Origin: Armatimonadota bacterium
GTDB lineage: Bacteria > Armatimonadota > SYMT01
Direction: 5' to 3'
Assembly: GCA_046292385.1 (NCBI GenBank)
Contig: JBKBRF010000028.1
Coordinates: forward strand, 30,305 to 94,304
Length of the DNA stretch: 64,000 nucleotides
Positions within the stretch are counted from its first letter, which is position 1. Each line of letters starts with the position of its first letter. The notes beneath the pieces are model-generated. The model worked only from the letters and a program-made list of their open reading frames with translations. It was not told where the DNA came from and did no database searches. This document shows, in pieces, positions 1 to 10,360 of the stretch. The position numbers and the translations under genes were made by a program.

Positions 1-722
1 TCTCGCTGCCGTCCGCGCGGCTGGAAGAGCGCCGGGCGATGGTGCGCGCGCTGGACGAATTCTCCCGCCGGGTCGAAGCCGGCGGCGCCACGGAGAGCCG
101 GGATGCGTTCTTCGAGCAGGCGTACCGGCTGATCACCTCTCCGGCGGCAAAGGCGGCATTCGATCTGTCCGCGGAGCCTCCCGCCGCCCGGGAGGCGTAC
201 GGCCGCAGCCGCCTCGGCGCCGCCTGTCTGCTGGCGCGCCGCCTGGTGGAAGCCGGGACGCGCTTCGTGACGGTGGTCGACCCGGGCTGGGACACGCACC
301 AGCAGATCTTCAAGGCGCTGCCGGACGCTTTCTTCCCGGGCAGCGGCAAGCTCCCGGCGCTCGACCGCGCCTACTCCGCGCTGTTGCGGGACCTGGACGA
401 CCGGGGCCTGCTCGCCTCCACGCTGGTCGTCTTAATGGGTGAGTTCGGCCGCACCCCCAAGTTGAATAGCGCCGGCGGTCGCGACCACTGGCCCCGCGCC
501 GGCTCGGTGCTGCTGGCGGGGGCTGGGATTCGCGGCGGGCAGGTGATCGGCAAGACCGATGCCTACGGCGAGGCGCCGGTGGAGCAGCCGGTGCGGCCGG
601 AAGACCTGGCGCACACCCTGCTGGAGCTCCTCGGGATCGAGCCGGGGAAGGAAGTCCGGACCCCGGACGGCCGCCCGATGAAGCTGGTCGCCAGCGGCCG
701 GACGATCCCGGGGCTCCGCTGA
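1..722 (+). CDS. DUF1501 domain-containing protein (5' truncated by window edge)
   Basis: Motifs 'ARRLVEAGTRFV', 'WDTH', 'GEFGRTPK..N..GGRDHWP' and 'GGQVIGKTD' are typical of the DUF1501 C-terminal half. Confidence 0.9.
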   Translation, partial: SLPSARLEERRAMVRALDEFSRRVEAGGATESRDAFFEQAYRLITSPAAKAAFDLSAEPPAAREAYGRSRLGAACLLARRLVEAGTRFVTVVDPGWDTHQQIFKALPDAFFPGSGKLPALDRAYSALLRDLDDRGLLASTLVVLMGEFGRTPKLNSAGGRDHWPRAGSVLLAGAGIRGGQVIGKTDAYGEAPVEQPVRPEDLAHTLLELLGIEPGKEVRTPDGRPMKLVASGRTIPGLR

Positions 723-1693
723 TGCGGCGGCGCGACCTGCTGCTCGGACTCCCGCTCCTGGCGGGCGGCAGACTGGCGGCGGCGCCCGCGGCTCCGATCA
801 CCGGCCTCACCTTCAGCCCCGACGGCCGCTTCCTGCTCTGCAGCGGCTACGGGGAGATCCTGGTCCGATCCGTACCGGAGCTGCGCGTGGTCCGCCGCCT
901 TCCGTGCGGCCTCCCCCAGATCCACGCCCTCGCCTTCCATCCGGACGGAAAGGCTCTGGCCGCCGCGGGGGGCACTCCCGGCGCTTCCGGATCCGCGCAC
1001 CTCTTCTCCTGGCCGGCGGGTAAGCGAATCGGAGAGCTCGGCGCCTCCCGGGACCTCGCCACCAGCCTGGCGTTCAACCCGGACGGTGCCCGGCTGGCGG
1101 TCTCCGGCAGTGACCGTGCGGCGCGGGTGTGGGCGATGCCCGGTCCGGGAGCGCCCGTGCCGTCAAAGCCGCTGCTGACGCTGGCGGGCCACGCGGGACC
1201 GGTGCTGGCGATCGCCTACACCGCGGACGGCAGCCTGCTGGTCACCGGCAGCGCGGACCGTTCCCTCCGGGTGTGGGATGCGGGCACGGGCGGGCTGCGC
1301 CGGACGCTGACGAACCACACGGAGATCGTCCACTGCCTCGCCGCCCGGCCGCAGAGCGCCGAGAGCGGCCCGCACCCGTACTGCGTCTCCGGCGGCGATG
1401 ACCGGACGGCGCGCGTCTGGCAGCCGGGTCTCGGCCGGATGGTGCGGATCGTGCGCGGGCATGCCGGCCCGGTGCTCGCGGTGCTCTACAGCCGGGATGG
1501 GAAGCAGCTCTTCTCCGCGGGCGCGGAGGGCGTGGTCCGCGTCATCGACGCGGAGAGCGACCAGGTACTCCGGAGCTGGAGCCCCACGCGGGAGTGGATC
1601 TACCGGCTGGCGCTGAGTCCCGACGGCCGGCGGCTGGCCGCGGGCGACTGGCGAGGACGGGTCTTCCTCTGGGAGTGGGAGGCGGGACGCTGA
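722..1693 (+). CDS. WD40-repeat beta-propeller protein with N-terminal twin-Arg-like signal
   Basis: Repeated 'GHAGPV..VAY/F..DG..L.TGS.DR..RVWD' blades; N-terminus MRRRDLLLG; start overlaps the upstream stop. Confidence 0.9.
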   Translation: MRRRDLLLGLPLLAGGRLAAAPAAPITGLTFSPDGRFLLCSGYGEILVRSVPELRVVRRLPCGLPQIHALAFHPDGKALAAAGGTPGASGSAHLFSWPAGKRIGELGASRDLATSLAFNPDGARLAVSGSDRAARVWAMPGPGAPVPSKPLLTLAGHAGPVLAIAYTADGSLLVTGSADRSLRVWDAGTGGLRRTLTNHTEIVHCLAARPQSAESGPHPYCVSGGDDRTARVWQPGLGRMVRIVRGHAGPVLAVLYSRDGKQLFSAGAEGVVRVIDAESDQVLRSWSPTREWIYRLALSPDGRRLAAGDWRGRVFLWEWEAGR

Positions 1694-1763
1694 GAAACGC
1701 GGAGGAGCGGCCCGGAGAGAGCGAGAACCGCTCCCTCATCACACCTCCTTCTCCGCTGCGCCC

Positions 1764-3374
1764 ATGCCTCACCTGAACGACCTCGCCCCCCTGCTCGCCC
1801 TCGTCGCCCTGATGGCCGTCTCCATGGCGATCGGGATCGCCGCGAACCGCACCGTGGAGAAGGGCGGCTTCATGCGCGGCTTCTTTCTCGGGAACCGCGG
1901 CCTCGGCTCCTGGTCGATGGCGCTCACCGCCACGGTGATGAGCGGCGGCACCTTCATGGGCTTCCCGTCGCTCGTCTACAAGCACGGGTGGTCGCTGGCG
2001 CTCTGGATCTGCAGCTACATGGTGGTGCCGCTCTGCACCTTCGCGGTGCTGGGCAAGCGGATGGGCGAGCTCTCCCGCAAGACCGGCGCCATCACCATGC
2101 CGGAGCTGTTCCGGGAGCGGTTCCAGAGTCCGCAGCTGGGGCTCATCGCCTCGGGCCTGATGGTGCTGATCCTCTCGGTGGGGCTGGTGGCGCAGTTCAA
2201 GGGCGGGGCGCTGATCCTGCAGCACGTGCTGCCCGGCCTCCCGAAGAGCGGGCCGACGGTGCTTGGCCAGTCGCCCGCCTTCCTCTGGGGGCTGGCGATC
2301 TTTACGCTGGTGGTGGTCTCCTACACCGTCTACGGCGGCTTCCTGGCGGCGGTCTGGACCGACCTCTTCCAGAGCGTCCTGATGGCGATCGGCGTGATGG
2401 CGCTCTTTCCGCTGGCGCTGGCGGCGGCGGGCGGGGCCGGCGGGTTCTGGAACGGGCTGGAAGCGGGCACCCGCGCCGGGATGGAGCAAGCGGGTCCCGG
2501 CTTCGCCTTCGCGCCGGGGGGCGGGGCCGGCTGGGAGTTCCTGCCGGTGGGGCTCGCCTTCTCCTACTTCTGCATGTGGTCGATCGCGGGGATGGCGCAG
2601 CCCGCCACCCTGGTGCGGCTGATGGCGTTCCGCGATACCCGCACGCTTCGACACGCCACCTTCCTGCTGGCGGTCTACAACACGCTGATCTACCTCCCGC
2701 TCGTCTTCATCTTCATCGCGGCGCGCGCGGTGCTGCCGGAGCTGGAGAAGTCGGACGAGGTGATGCCGCGGATGGCGCTCGCCGTCGCCTCCCCCTGGGT
2801 CTCCGGCCTGATCCTGGCCGCCCCGTTCGGCGCGGTGATGGCGACCGTCAGCGGCTACCTGGTGCAGATCAGCTCCGGCTTCGTGCAGGACGTCTACCAC
2901 CGCTTCGTGAACCCGAACGCCTCCGAGCGGACGCTGCGGCTCCTCTCCCACAGCTTCATCATCGCGGTCGGACTGGTGGCGGCGGGGGCCACGATCTTCT
3001 CCCCGGAGTTCCTGCAGGCGATCATCGTCTTCGCGGGCGGCGCGGCGGCGTGCGCGTTCCTCTTCCCCGCGGTGATGGCCTGCTTCTGGCGGCGCGCGAA
3101 CTCGCAGGGAGCGATCGCGAGCATGGTCGGCGGCGTCGGGACGGTGCTGGCGCTTTACGTGACCGGCTGGATCCTCCCGGGCGAGCCGCGGATCGACACC
3201 GGCGGCCGCTGGGCGCCGATCTACCCGCTGGAGCTGGCGCCGTTCGTCTGGGGGATCGTCGTCTCCATTGTCTGCGGCGTCGTGTTCACCCTCGCCACCC
3301 CCGAGCCGAAGCGCGCACTGACGGAGCGGTTCTTCGGCGGTCCGGAAGCGGAGGACGCAGCCGCAAATGCGTGA
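1764..3374 (+). CDS. Sodium:solute symporter (PanF/PutP-like)
   Basis: Many TM segments; 'FFLGNRGLG', 'SGGTFMGFP', 'YTVYGGFLAAVWTDLFQ', 'WRRANSQGAIASM'. Confidence 0.88.
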   Translation: MPHLNDLAPLLALVALMAVSMAIGIAANRTVEKGGFMRGFFLGNRGLGSWSMALTATVMSGGTFMGFPSLVYKHGWSLALWICSYMVVPLCTFAVLGKRMGELSRKTGAITMPELFRERFQSPQLGLIASGLMVLILSVGLVAQFKGGALILQHVLPGLPKSGPTVLGQSPAFLWGLAIFTLVVVSYTVYGGFLAAVWTDLFQSVLMAIGVMALFPLALAAAGGAGGFWNGLEAGTRAGMEQAGPGFAFAPGGGAGWEFLPVGLAFSYFCMWSIAGMAQPATLVRLMAFRDTRTLRHATFLLAVYNTLIYLPLVFIFIAARAVLPELEKSDEVMPRMALAVASPWVSGLILAAPFGAVMATVSGYLVQISSGFVQDVYHRFVNPNASERTLRLLSHSFIIAVGLVAAGATIFSPEFLQAIIVFAGGAAACAFLFPAVMACFWRRANSQGAIASMVGGVGTVLALYVTGWILPGEPRIDTGGRWAPIYPLELAPFVWGIVVSIVCGVVFTLATPEPKRALTERFFGGPEAEDAAANA

Positions 3375-3383
3375 GCGAAGGCG

Positions 3384-3468
3384 GTTGCAGGTTGGCAAGT
3401 TGGCAGGTTGCAGGTTGGGTTCTCCGAAGGCGGGGCTCTTAACCTGGAACTTGCAACCTGCCAACCTG
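3384..3468. repeat. GCAGGTT heptamer/octamer inverted-arm intergenic element
   Basis: GGTTGCAGGTTGGCAAGTTGGCAGGTTGCAGGTT followed by complementary AACCTG/AACTTGCAACCTGCCAACCTG. Confidence 0.85.
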
Positions 3469-3505
3469 TTAACAGCGCCGGGGCCGCTCGATAGAAGCAG
3501 CTGCG

Positions 3506-4486
3506 ATGGATAAGCCGATCTACGTCGGGGCGGACCTGGGCGGGACGCACTTCCGCGTGGGCGTGCGGCGGGCGGGAGAGCTGCGGCTGCTCTACCGGGA
3601 GGCCATTCCCGCCTCGCCGGAGTGGGACGCGGAGCAGCTTCTCTCTGTAATGGCGGAACTTCTCGCACGGATCACGGTGCGGTGCCGGGAGGCGCTGTTT
3701 CCCGCGGGAGTCGGCTTCGGCTCGACCGGCGACCTCGACTACCGCGCCGGGACCTGCTACTCGATGAAGCGGTTTCCGCTCCTGGAGGAGGCGCCGCTGC
3801 GGAAGCTGCTGGAGGAGCGGTTCAGCGTGCCGGCCGTGGTGCTGAATGACGGCCTCTGCGCCACCCTGGCGGAGCTGCGGGCGGGAGCGGGGCGCGGCGC
3901 CTCCGACTTCGCCATGATTACGCTGGGCACCGGTATCGGCGGCGGGATCGTGTCGGACGGCCGGCTGCTCCTCGGCCGGCGCGGGCGGGTGGGGAAGGTC
4001 GGCCACCAGATCCTCGACTTCGACGGACCGGTCCACTGCCACTGCGGCCTCCCCGGCTGCTGGCAGACGCTCGCCGCCAAGGAGGGGGTCACGGCTCGCG
4101 CCCGGCAGGCGGCGGCACGCCACCCGGTGTCGGAACTGGCGTCCCGGTTCCGCGCGGGGGAGCCGGAGCTGCGGGAGGTCTTCGCCCTCGCCGCGGCCGG
4201 TGATGCCGCCGCGGCGGAGGTGGTGCGGGAGACCGGGCGGTTCGTCGGCATCGGCCTGGCGAACCTGGTGAAGATTCTGGCGCCGGAGCGGCTGATCGTC
4301 GGCGGCGGGATCGCGGAAGGGAACACGCTGCTGCTCCAGGCGGTGCAAGAGACCGTGTGGGAGTACGCGATCAAGCCGTACCAGCGGGTGGAAGTGGTCC
4401 CGGCGGAGCTCGGCACGGAAGCGGGGACGCTCGGCGCGACGCTGCTGCCGGAAGAAGGACTGACGACGGGAGAACCGGTGCGATGA
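3506..4486 (+). CDS. ROK family sugar kinase (glucokinase-like)
   Basis: 'GADLGGT', 'TLGTGIGGGIV', 'GKVGH', 'CHCG..GC' Zn motif, 'IVGGG'. Confidence 0.9.
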   Translation: MDKPIYVGADLGGTHFRVGVRRAGELRLLYREAIPASPEWDAEQLLSVMAELLARITVRCREALFPAGVGFGSTGDLDYRAGTCYSMKRFPLLEEAPLRKLLEERFSVPAVVLNDGLCATLAELRAGAGRGASDFAMITLGTGIGGGIVSDGRLLLGRRGRVGKVGHQILDFDGPVHCHCGLPGCWQTLAAKEGVTARARQAAARHPVSELASRFRAGEPELREVFALAAAGDAAAAEVVRETGRFVGIGLANLVKILAPERLIVGGGIAEGNTLLLQAVQETVWEYAIKPYQRVEVVPAELGTEAGTLGATLLPEEGLTTGEPVR

Positions 4487-5391
4487 AGGCGATCTTCGTA
4501 GGACTGATGCTGGGGGCGCTGGCGGTGGCGGGCGGCGCGGGGACAGCGGCGGCGCAGGAGCCGGCGCGGCCGACGCCGGTACCGCTCTGGCCCGGTGGCG
4601 CGCCGGGTGCGGTGGGTCAGGAAGCCGCCGACGTGCCGACGCTCGCCTACTACCCGGCGCCGAAAGACCGGAATACCGGCGCGGCGGTGGTGGTTTGCCC
4701 CGGCGGGGGCTACGGAGGCCTGGCGGAGCACGAGGGGCATCCGGTCGCCGTGTGGCTCAACTCGATCGGGGTGAACGCAGTGGTGCTGCGCTACCGCCAC
4801 GCTCCCCGCTACCGGCACCCGGTGCCGCTGCAGGACGCGGCGCGGGCGGTGCGGACCGTACGGGCGCGCGCCGCGGAGCAGGGGATCGATCCGCAGCGGA
4901 TCGGCATCCTCGGCTTCTCCGCGGGCGGGCATCTCGCCTCGACGCTCTCGACCCACTTCGACGCCGGTAAGCCGGGCGCGGAGGACCCGATCGAGCGGCA
5001 GAGCAGCCGGCCGGACTTCAGCATCCTGATCTATCCGGTGATCTCGCTGCGGGAGTCGTTCACCCACGCCGGCTCCCGGAACAACCTGTTGGGGCCGAAC
5101 CCCCCGGCGGAGCTGGTCGACCTCCTCTCCAACGAGCGGCAGGTGACGCCGCAGACGCCGCCCGCGTTTCTGGTCCACAGCCACCAGGACACCGTCGTGC
5201 CGCCCGAGAACAGCCTCTACTACACGCTGGCGCTGCGGAAGGCGGGGGTTCCCTCCGAGCTGCACATGTTCGAGAAGGGGCAGCACGGCTTCGGACTGGC
5301 GCTGAACGATCCGGACCTGAGTGCCTGGCCCCGCGCCTGCGAAAAATGGCTCGGCTTCCGCGGCTACCTCGGCGAGGCGCGGAAGACATAG
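4483..5391 (+). CDS. Secreted alpha/beta hydrolase (BD-FAE/esterase-like)
   Basis: ATG at 4483 overlaps the ROK stop (ATGA); signal peptide; 'CPGGGY', 'GFSAGGHLA' nucleophile elbow, 'HGFG'. Confidence 0.88.
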   Translation: MKAIFVGLMLGALAVAGGAGTAAAQEPARPTPVPLWPGGAPGAVGQEAADVPTLAYYPAPKDRNTGAAVVVCPGGGYGGLAEHEGHPVAVWLNSIGVNAVVLRYRHAPRYRHPVPLQDAARAVRTVRARAAEQGIDPQRIGILGFSAGGHLASTLSTHFDAGKPGAEDPIERQSSRPDFSILIYPVISLRESFTHAGSRNNLLGPNPPAELVDLLSNERQVTPQTPPAFLVHSHQDTVVPPENSLYYTLALRKAGVPSELHMFEKGQHGFGLALNDPDLSAWPRACEKWLGFRGYLGEARKT

Positions 5392-5522
5392 GGCGCATGC
5401 GGGGGTGAGGTCCGGCTCGATAGAAAGCAGTGATATGGTTGCGTTGGGTGGCGGGGCGCTCCCGGCCGGCTCTTGGCACGTTACTTGCCGAGCAAGTGAG
5501 CATTTCCCCGCCTGATTTCCCC

Positions 5523-6215
5523 ATGACCTCTCTCCCTCTCTGGACCGTCCACCTGGGACGGATCGACTACGATGCCGCGGTGGCCCTGCAGGAGCGCGTC
5601 CACCGCGCCCGGCTGGAGCAGCGGATCCCGGACGTGCTGCTGCTGCTGGAGCACGAGCCGGTCATCACCCTCGGCCGCGCGGCGAAGCGGGAGAACATCC
5701 TGGTCGATCCCGCGGTGCTGGAAGCGCGCGGAGTGCAGGTGCGGGAGACCGCCCGCGGCGGCGACGTGACCTACCACGGCCCGGGCCAGCTCGTCGGCTA
5801 CCCGATCTTCAACCTGAACGTGCACGGGCGCGACGTGACGCGCTACGTCCGCGGCGTGGAAGAGGCGCTGATCCGCGCCCTCGAGCGCTTCTCCGTCACC
5901 GCCGGGCGGGTGCCCCGCCTGACCGGAGTGTGGGTCGGCGATGAGAAGATCGCCGCCATCGGCGTCGGCGTGCGGAAGTGGGTCACCTGGCACGGCTTCG
6001 CCCTGAACCTCTCCACCGACCTGGACGCCTTCTCCGTCATCGTCCCCTGCGGCATCAGCGACCGGGGCGTCACCTCCCTCGAGCGGGTGCTCGGGCGGCC
6101 GGTCGAGCTCCCCGAGGCGACCGACGCGATCGAAGCCGGCTTCCACGAGACCTTCGGCGTCCACCCGGAGCGCCGCTCGCTGGAAGAGCTGGAGGCGAAG
6201 GTAAAGGCCTCTTAA
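5523..6215 (+). CDS. lipB: Lipoyl(octanoyl) transferase LipB
   Basis: 'LLLEHEPVITLG', 'RGGDVTYHGPGQLVGYPI', 'KIAAIG', 'HGFALN', 'IVPCGI'; start at 5523 chosen by homology to typical LipB N-termini. Confidence 0.95.
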   Translation: MTSLPLWTVHLGRIDYDAAVALQERVHRARLEQRIPDVLLLLEHEPVITLGRAAKRENILVDPAVLEARGVQVRETARGGDVTYHGPGQLVGYPIFNLNVHGRDVTRYVRGVEEALIRALERFSVTAGRVPRLTGVWVGDEKIAAIGVGVRKWVTWHGFALNLSTDLDAFSVIVPCGISDRGVTSLERVLGRPVELPEATDAIEAGFHETFGVHPERRSLEELEAKVKAS

Positions 6216-6339
6216 AGGCTAAAGGCGTCTTGAAGGCTAAAGGCTAAAGGCTAAAGCTCCGGACCCCGTCGCACGAGAGCGGGGCGAGGGTCCGGGAGGT
6301 TCGGACTTTAGCCTTTAGCCTTTTCACTTTAGCCTTTAG
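6214..6339. repeat. AAAGGCT heptamer inverted-arm intergenic element
   Basis: (TAAAGGC)n immediately after the lipB stop and (CTTTAGC)n immediately before apbE. Confidence 0.85.
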
Positions 6340-6347
6340 AGTTTGCT

Positions 6348-7328
6348 GTGGATTCCTGCATCCTTCGCCTTTCGCGGGTGTCTATGGGCACCGAGTTCCA
6401 GGCGATTCTGGCTGGCAAAGACCCGGAGTACCTGCGGGATGCGGGCAGCCAGGCGCTGGACGAGGTGGAGCGCCTGGAGGCGCAGCTCAGTCATTACCGG
6501 CCGGACAGTGACGTCACGGATCTGAACGTCCGCGCGTATCACCAGGCGGTGCGGTTGGAGCCGCTGCTCTACCGGCTGCTGCGGCACGCGGTGGAGCTGA
6601 GCGAGGCGACCGGCGGCGCGTTCGACTGCGCCCTCGGCGCGCTGATCCGCTGCTGGGGGTTCTTCCGGGGGCAGGGCGCGCTGGCGGAAGAGGCGGCGGT
6701 AAAGGAAGCGCTGGAGCAGTGCGGCAGCCGCTGGCTGGAGCTCGATGACGACGCCCGGACCGTCCGTTTCCTCCGACCCGTGCAGGTGCACCTGGGGGCG
6801 ATAGGGAAAGGGTATGCGGTTGACCGGATGGTCGGCGTCCTGCGGGAGGTCGGCGTGCGCGCCGCCCTGGTTCACGGCGGCACCAGCACGCTCTACGCGC
6901 TGGGCGCGCCGCCGGGAGACACCGACTGGAGCGTGGGGCTCTGCGACCCGTCCGACCGGACGCGGCGCCTGGGTGTGGTGCGGCTCCGGGACCGGGCGCT
7001 CTCTACGTCCGGCGACTACGAGCAGTTTTTTGAAATAGCAGGGCGGCGCTACAGCCACCTGCTGGATCCCCGCACCGGGTATCCGGCGGTGGGGATGCGG
7101 AGCGCGACGGTGGCTGCGGCGAGCGCTACCGACACCGACGCGCTCTCCACGGCGGCCTTCGTGCTGGGGCCGACCGGCGCCAGTGAGGTGTTGGAGCGGT
7201 TCCCCGGAACCGGGGCGGTGCTGCTGCCGGATGTGAGCTTGGACAGCGGGCGGGTGGTGGAAGTCCACGGCGAGATCGACTTCTCGCTGGAAGACGCCGC
7301 CGCCGGCACCAGAGGAGAAGAGACCTGA
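6348..7328 (+). CDS. apbE: FAD:protein FMN transferase (ApbE family)
   Basis: 'MGT', 'LS.YRPDS', 'TGGAFD', 'LGAIGKGYAVD', 'STSGDYEQ', 'YSHLLDPRTG', 'DALSTA'. Confidence 0.92.
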   Translation: MDSCILRLSRVSMGTEFQAILAGKDPEYLRDAGSQALDEVERLEAQLSHYRPDSDVTDLNVRAYHQAVRLEPLLYRLLRHAVELSEATGGAFDCALGALIRCWGFFRGQGALAEEAAVKEALEQCGSRWLELDDDARTVRFLRPVQVHLGAIGKGYAVDRMVGVLREVGVRAALVHGGTSTLYALGAPPGDTDWSVGLCDPSDRTRRLGVVRLRDRALSTSGDYEQFFEIAGRRYSHLLDPRTGYPAVGMRSATVAAASATDTDALSTAAFVLGPTGASEVLERFPGTGAVLLPDVSLDSGRVVEVHGEIDFSLEDAAAGTRGEET

Positions 7329-8641
7329 TGAGCGACGAAAAGAACGTCTCCCGACGAGAAGTGCTGAAGGGCGGCAGCCTTGCCGCAGCGCTTTCGGCCG
7401 GCATGCCGCTCGCGGTAGCCCGCGCCATCGAGGCCGCGCAGGATCCGGCCGCGGCAGCCAAGGCGGCGCAGGACGCGGCCAAGGCGGAGCCGGTGAAGCT
7501 CGCCTGGATCGGCACCGGCGTGCAGGGCCAGAACGACATGAAGCAGCTGGCCAAGGTGCCGGGCGTGGAGTTCGTCGCCATCTGCGACATCTACGAGCCG
7601 AACGTCAAGGCAGCGCTGGAGATCGCGGGACCGAACTGCAAGGTCTACAGCGACTACCGCAAGATGATGGAGCAGAAGAACATCCAGGGCGTCGGCATCG
7701 CCACGCCGCTCTACCTCCACGCACCGATGGCGATCGCCGCCATGGAAGCGGGGAAGGATGTCTACTGCGAGAAGATGATGGCGTACACCATCGACGAAGC
7801 CAAGAAGATGGTGCGCACCGCCGACCGCACCAAGCGCAAGCTCCAGATCGGTCACCAGCGCCGCTACAGCGCGGACTACCACCACGCGCTCGACCTGATC
7901 AAGAAGGGCTACTTCGGCAAGATCACCCACGTGCGCGCGCAGTGGAACCGCAACGGAAGCTGGCGCCGCGCCGTGCCGGACCCCAAGCTCGAGAAGCTGC
8001 TGAACTGGCGGCTCTACGATGAGTTCTCCCGCGGCCTGATGGCGGAGCTGGGCAGCCACCAGATCGACGTGACGAACTGGTTCCTGGGCGCCCACCCGAT
8101 CGCGGTGGTCGGCATCGGCGGCATCGACCACTACAAAGACGGCCGCGAGGTGTACGACAACGTCCAGGTCGTCTTCGAGTACCCGGGCGGCGAGAAGCTG
8201 ACTTACCAGTCGATCCAGACCAACGCCTTCGACGACTTCTCCGAGCAGTTCATGGGCACCAAGGGCACCATGATCGTCAGCGAGGCGGCGGGCAAGTCGA
8301 TGATGTTCAAGGAGCAGTCGGCGGAAGACTTCGAGTTCGCCAAGTTCTCCCAGAGCAAGACGAAGGTCGGCAACAAGGAGGCGATCCTGCTGGACGCCGG
8401 CGCCACCACCCGCCAGGACAAGCGGGAGAAGACCGCGGGCCAGGCCCTCGCCGGCGGCGGCACCAACAAGAACAACTGGGCGCTCTCCCTGGAAGACTGG
8501 GTCGACTGCATCCGCACCGACCGCAAGCCGTTCTGTGACGGCCGCATCGGCCTGGCGGACGTGGGCTGCGTGATCGCGTCGCTCAAGGCGATGAAGGAAG
8601 GCACCCGGGTGGAGATCACCCACGACATGCTGCACGTCTGA
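7328..8641 (+). CDS. Tat-exported Gfo/Idh/MocA family oxidoreductase
   Basis: 'SRREVLK' Tat motif; 'IGTGVQG', 'IATPLYLH', 'DVYCEKMM', 'WRLY..FSRGLMAELGSHQID'. Confidence 0.92.
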   Translation: MSDEKNVSRREVLKGGSLAAALSAGMPLAVARAIEAAQDPAAAAKAAQDAAKAEPVKLAWIGTGVQGQNDMKQLAKVPGVEFVAICDIYEPNVKAALEIAGPNCKVYSDYRKMMEQKNIQGVGIATPLYLHAPMAIAAMEAGKDVYCEKMMAYTIDEAKKMVRTADRTKRKLQIGHQRRYSADYHHALDLIKKGYFGKITHVRAQWNRNGSWRRAVPDPKLEKLLNWRLYDEFSRGLMAELGSHQIDVTNWFLGAHPIAVVGIGGIDHYKDGREVYDNVQVVFEYPGGEKLTYQSIQTNAFDDFSEQFMGTKGTMIVSEAAGKSMMFKEQSAEDFEFAKFSQSKTKVGNKEAILLDAGATTRQDKREKTAGQALAGGGTNKNNWALSLEDWVDCIRTDRKPFCDGRIGLADVGCVIASLKAMKEGTRVEITHDMLHV

Positions 8642-8873
8642 GTGAGCGTGCAGCGTTGAGGGTGCAGCGTGTAGGAGCCCGGCAGGTGAGGTATTCACCC
8701 GCCGGGCTTTCCCGTTTCCGGAAACCCGGCGGGCGGTGGTGACCGGCGCCGGGCTGTTCCAGCTCTGAACCGTTGCAATTCCCCAGCGGTTTAAGCGGGT
8801 CGAAGGCTAAATGCCCCGCCCTGCCTAACCTGTGCGTGTTCTCTCCCCCACTGCCTCTGTCGAGACACACCTC

Positions 8874-10280
8874 ATGTCCACCGCCATTCCTCCGAAGAAA
8901 TCGCTCCGCTGGTACCAGGGCCTCGACCGCTACTGCTGGGTGGTGCTGGTCATCGCGGCCCTCGGGTGGCTCTTCGACACGATGGACCAGAACCTGTTCA
9001 ACCTGGTCCGCACCACCTCGATCCAGGACCTGCTGGGACCCACCGCCACGACCGGGCAAGTGAAGCAGATCGGCGGCTGGGTCACCGCGGCATTTCTAGT
9101 CGGCTGGTCGGTCGGCGGGTTCATCTTCGGGATCGTGGGAGACCGGATCGGACGCACCGGGACGATGATCCTGACGATCCTGATCTACGCCTTCTTTACC
9201 GGTCTGAGCGGGCTGGCCTGGAACTGGGAGTCGTACGCCGTGATGCGGTTCATGACCGGCGTCGGCGTGGGCGGGGAGTGGGCAGCGGGCGCCGCGATCG
9301 TGGCCGAAGTGTTCCCCGAGCGGTCCCGAGCGATGGCGCTGGGGGCACTGCAGGCGCTCTCGGCGGTCGGGAACATGATGGCGGCGGTGATCACCTTCGG
9401 GATGGCCGACCTGAGCTGGCGCTGGGTGTACGCCGTCGGCGCGCTCCCCGCCATTCTCGTCCTCTGGATCCGGCGCTCCATCCGGGAGCCGGAGAAGTGG
9501 CAGGAGGCGAAGGAGCAGGCCTCTCTCGGCAAGGAGATGGGCAACATCTCGGAGCTGTGGAGCAATCCGCGTCTCCGGAGGAACACCACCGCGGCGCTGC
9601 TGATGGCGATCGCCGGCCAGGGGGCGCTCTGGGGGATCGGCTTCTGGAGCGTGGATATGCTCCTCGCGATCATGGAGAAGTTCTCCGTCGAATCCGGGGA
9701 CCTGAACCGCACCAAGAGCGTGATGTTCTTCATCCAGCAGATCGGCGCGATGCTCGGGATCTATGCGTTCGCCGGCTTCAGCGAGCGGACCAACCGCCGC
9801 ACCGCCTTCTTCGCCTGGTTCGCGCTGGCCTGGATCTCGATCCCGGTCTTCTTCTGGGGCGTGGCGCGCGCGGCAGGGGTGACGATACCCGGCGCGATCG
9901 AGCCGCTCCTCTCCGCCATCACGTTCTCCGGCGGCCTGCCGGAGGGCGCGCGGAGTACCGTCCAGATCGCCGCGATCCTGGCGTTCTTTATGGGCTTTGC
10001 CACCCTGGGACCGTTCTCCGGATACACCGTCTACTTCCCGGAGCTGTTCCCCACCCGCCTGCGCGCCACCGGATGCGGGATCTGCTACAACGGCGGACGG
10101 TTCCTGGCCGCCGTGATCCCCATTCTCACCGGGCAGCTCTCCCTGTTTTTCGCCAAGCAGCCGGGTGCCGTGGGAGGGGGCCTGCCGATGGCGGCCACCA
10201 TCGTTGCCAGCGTCTATATCCTCGGGTTCATCGGCACCGCCCTCGCCCCGGAGACGAAGGGCAAGCCGCTGCCTGAATAG
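8874..10280 (+). CDS. MFS transporter
   Basis: Motif A 'GIVGDRIGR', 'GVGGEWAAG', 'ELFPTRLRATG', C-terminal 'PETKG'. Confidence 0.92.
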   Translation: MSTAIPPKKSLRWYQGLDRYCWVVLVIAALGWLFDTMDQNLFNLVRTTSIQDLLGPTATTGQVKQIGGWVTAAFLVGWSVGGFIFGIVGDRIGRTGTMILTILIYAFFTGLSGLAWNWESYAVMRFMTGVGVGGEWAAGAAIVAEVFPERSRAMALGALQALSAVGNMMAAVITFGMADLSWRWVYAVGALPAILVLWIRRSIREPEKWQEAKEQASLGKEMGNISELWSNPRLRRNTTAALLMAIAGQGALWGIGFWSVDMLLAIMEKFSVESGDLNRTKSVMFFIQQIGAMLGIYAFAGFSERTNRRTAFFAWFALAWISIPVFFWGVARAAGVTIPGAIEPLLSAITFSGGLPEGARSTVQIAAILAFFMGFATLGPFSGYTVYFPELFPTRLRATGCGICYNGGRFLAAVIPILTGQLSLFFAKQPGAVGGGLPMAATIVASVYILGFIGTALAPETKGKPLPE

Positions 10281-10360
10281 GACTGAGTGGGAGAGTGGGC
10301 GCAAGGGAGAGAGGGAGAAGCCCCTCGCCGTGCGACCACTCTCACGAAAGGCGGGGTACG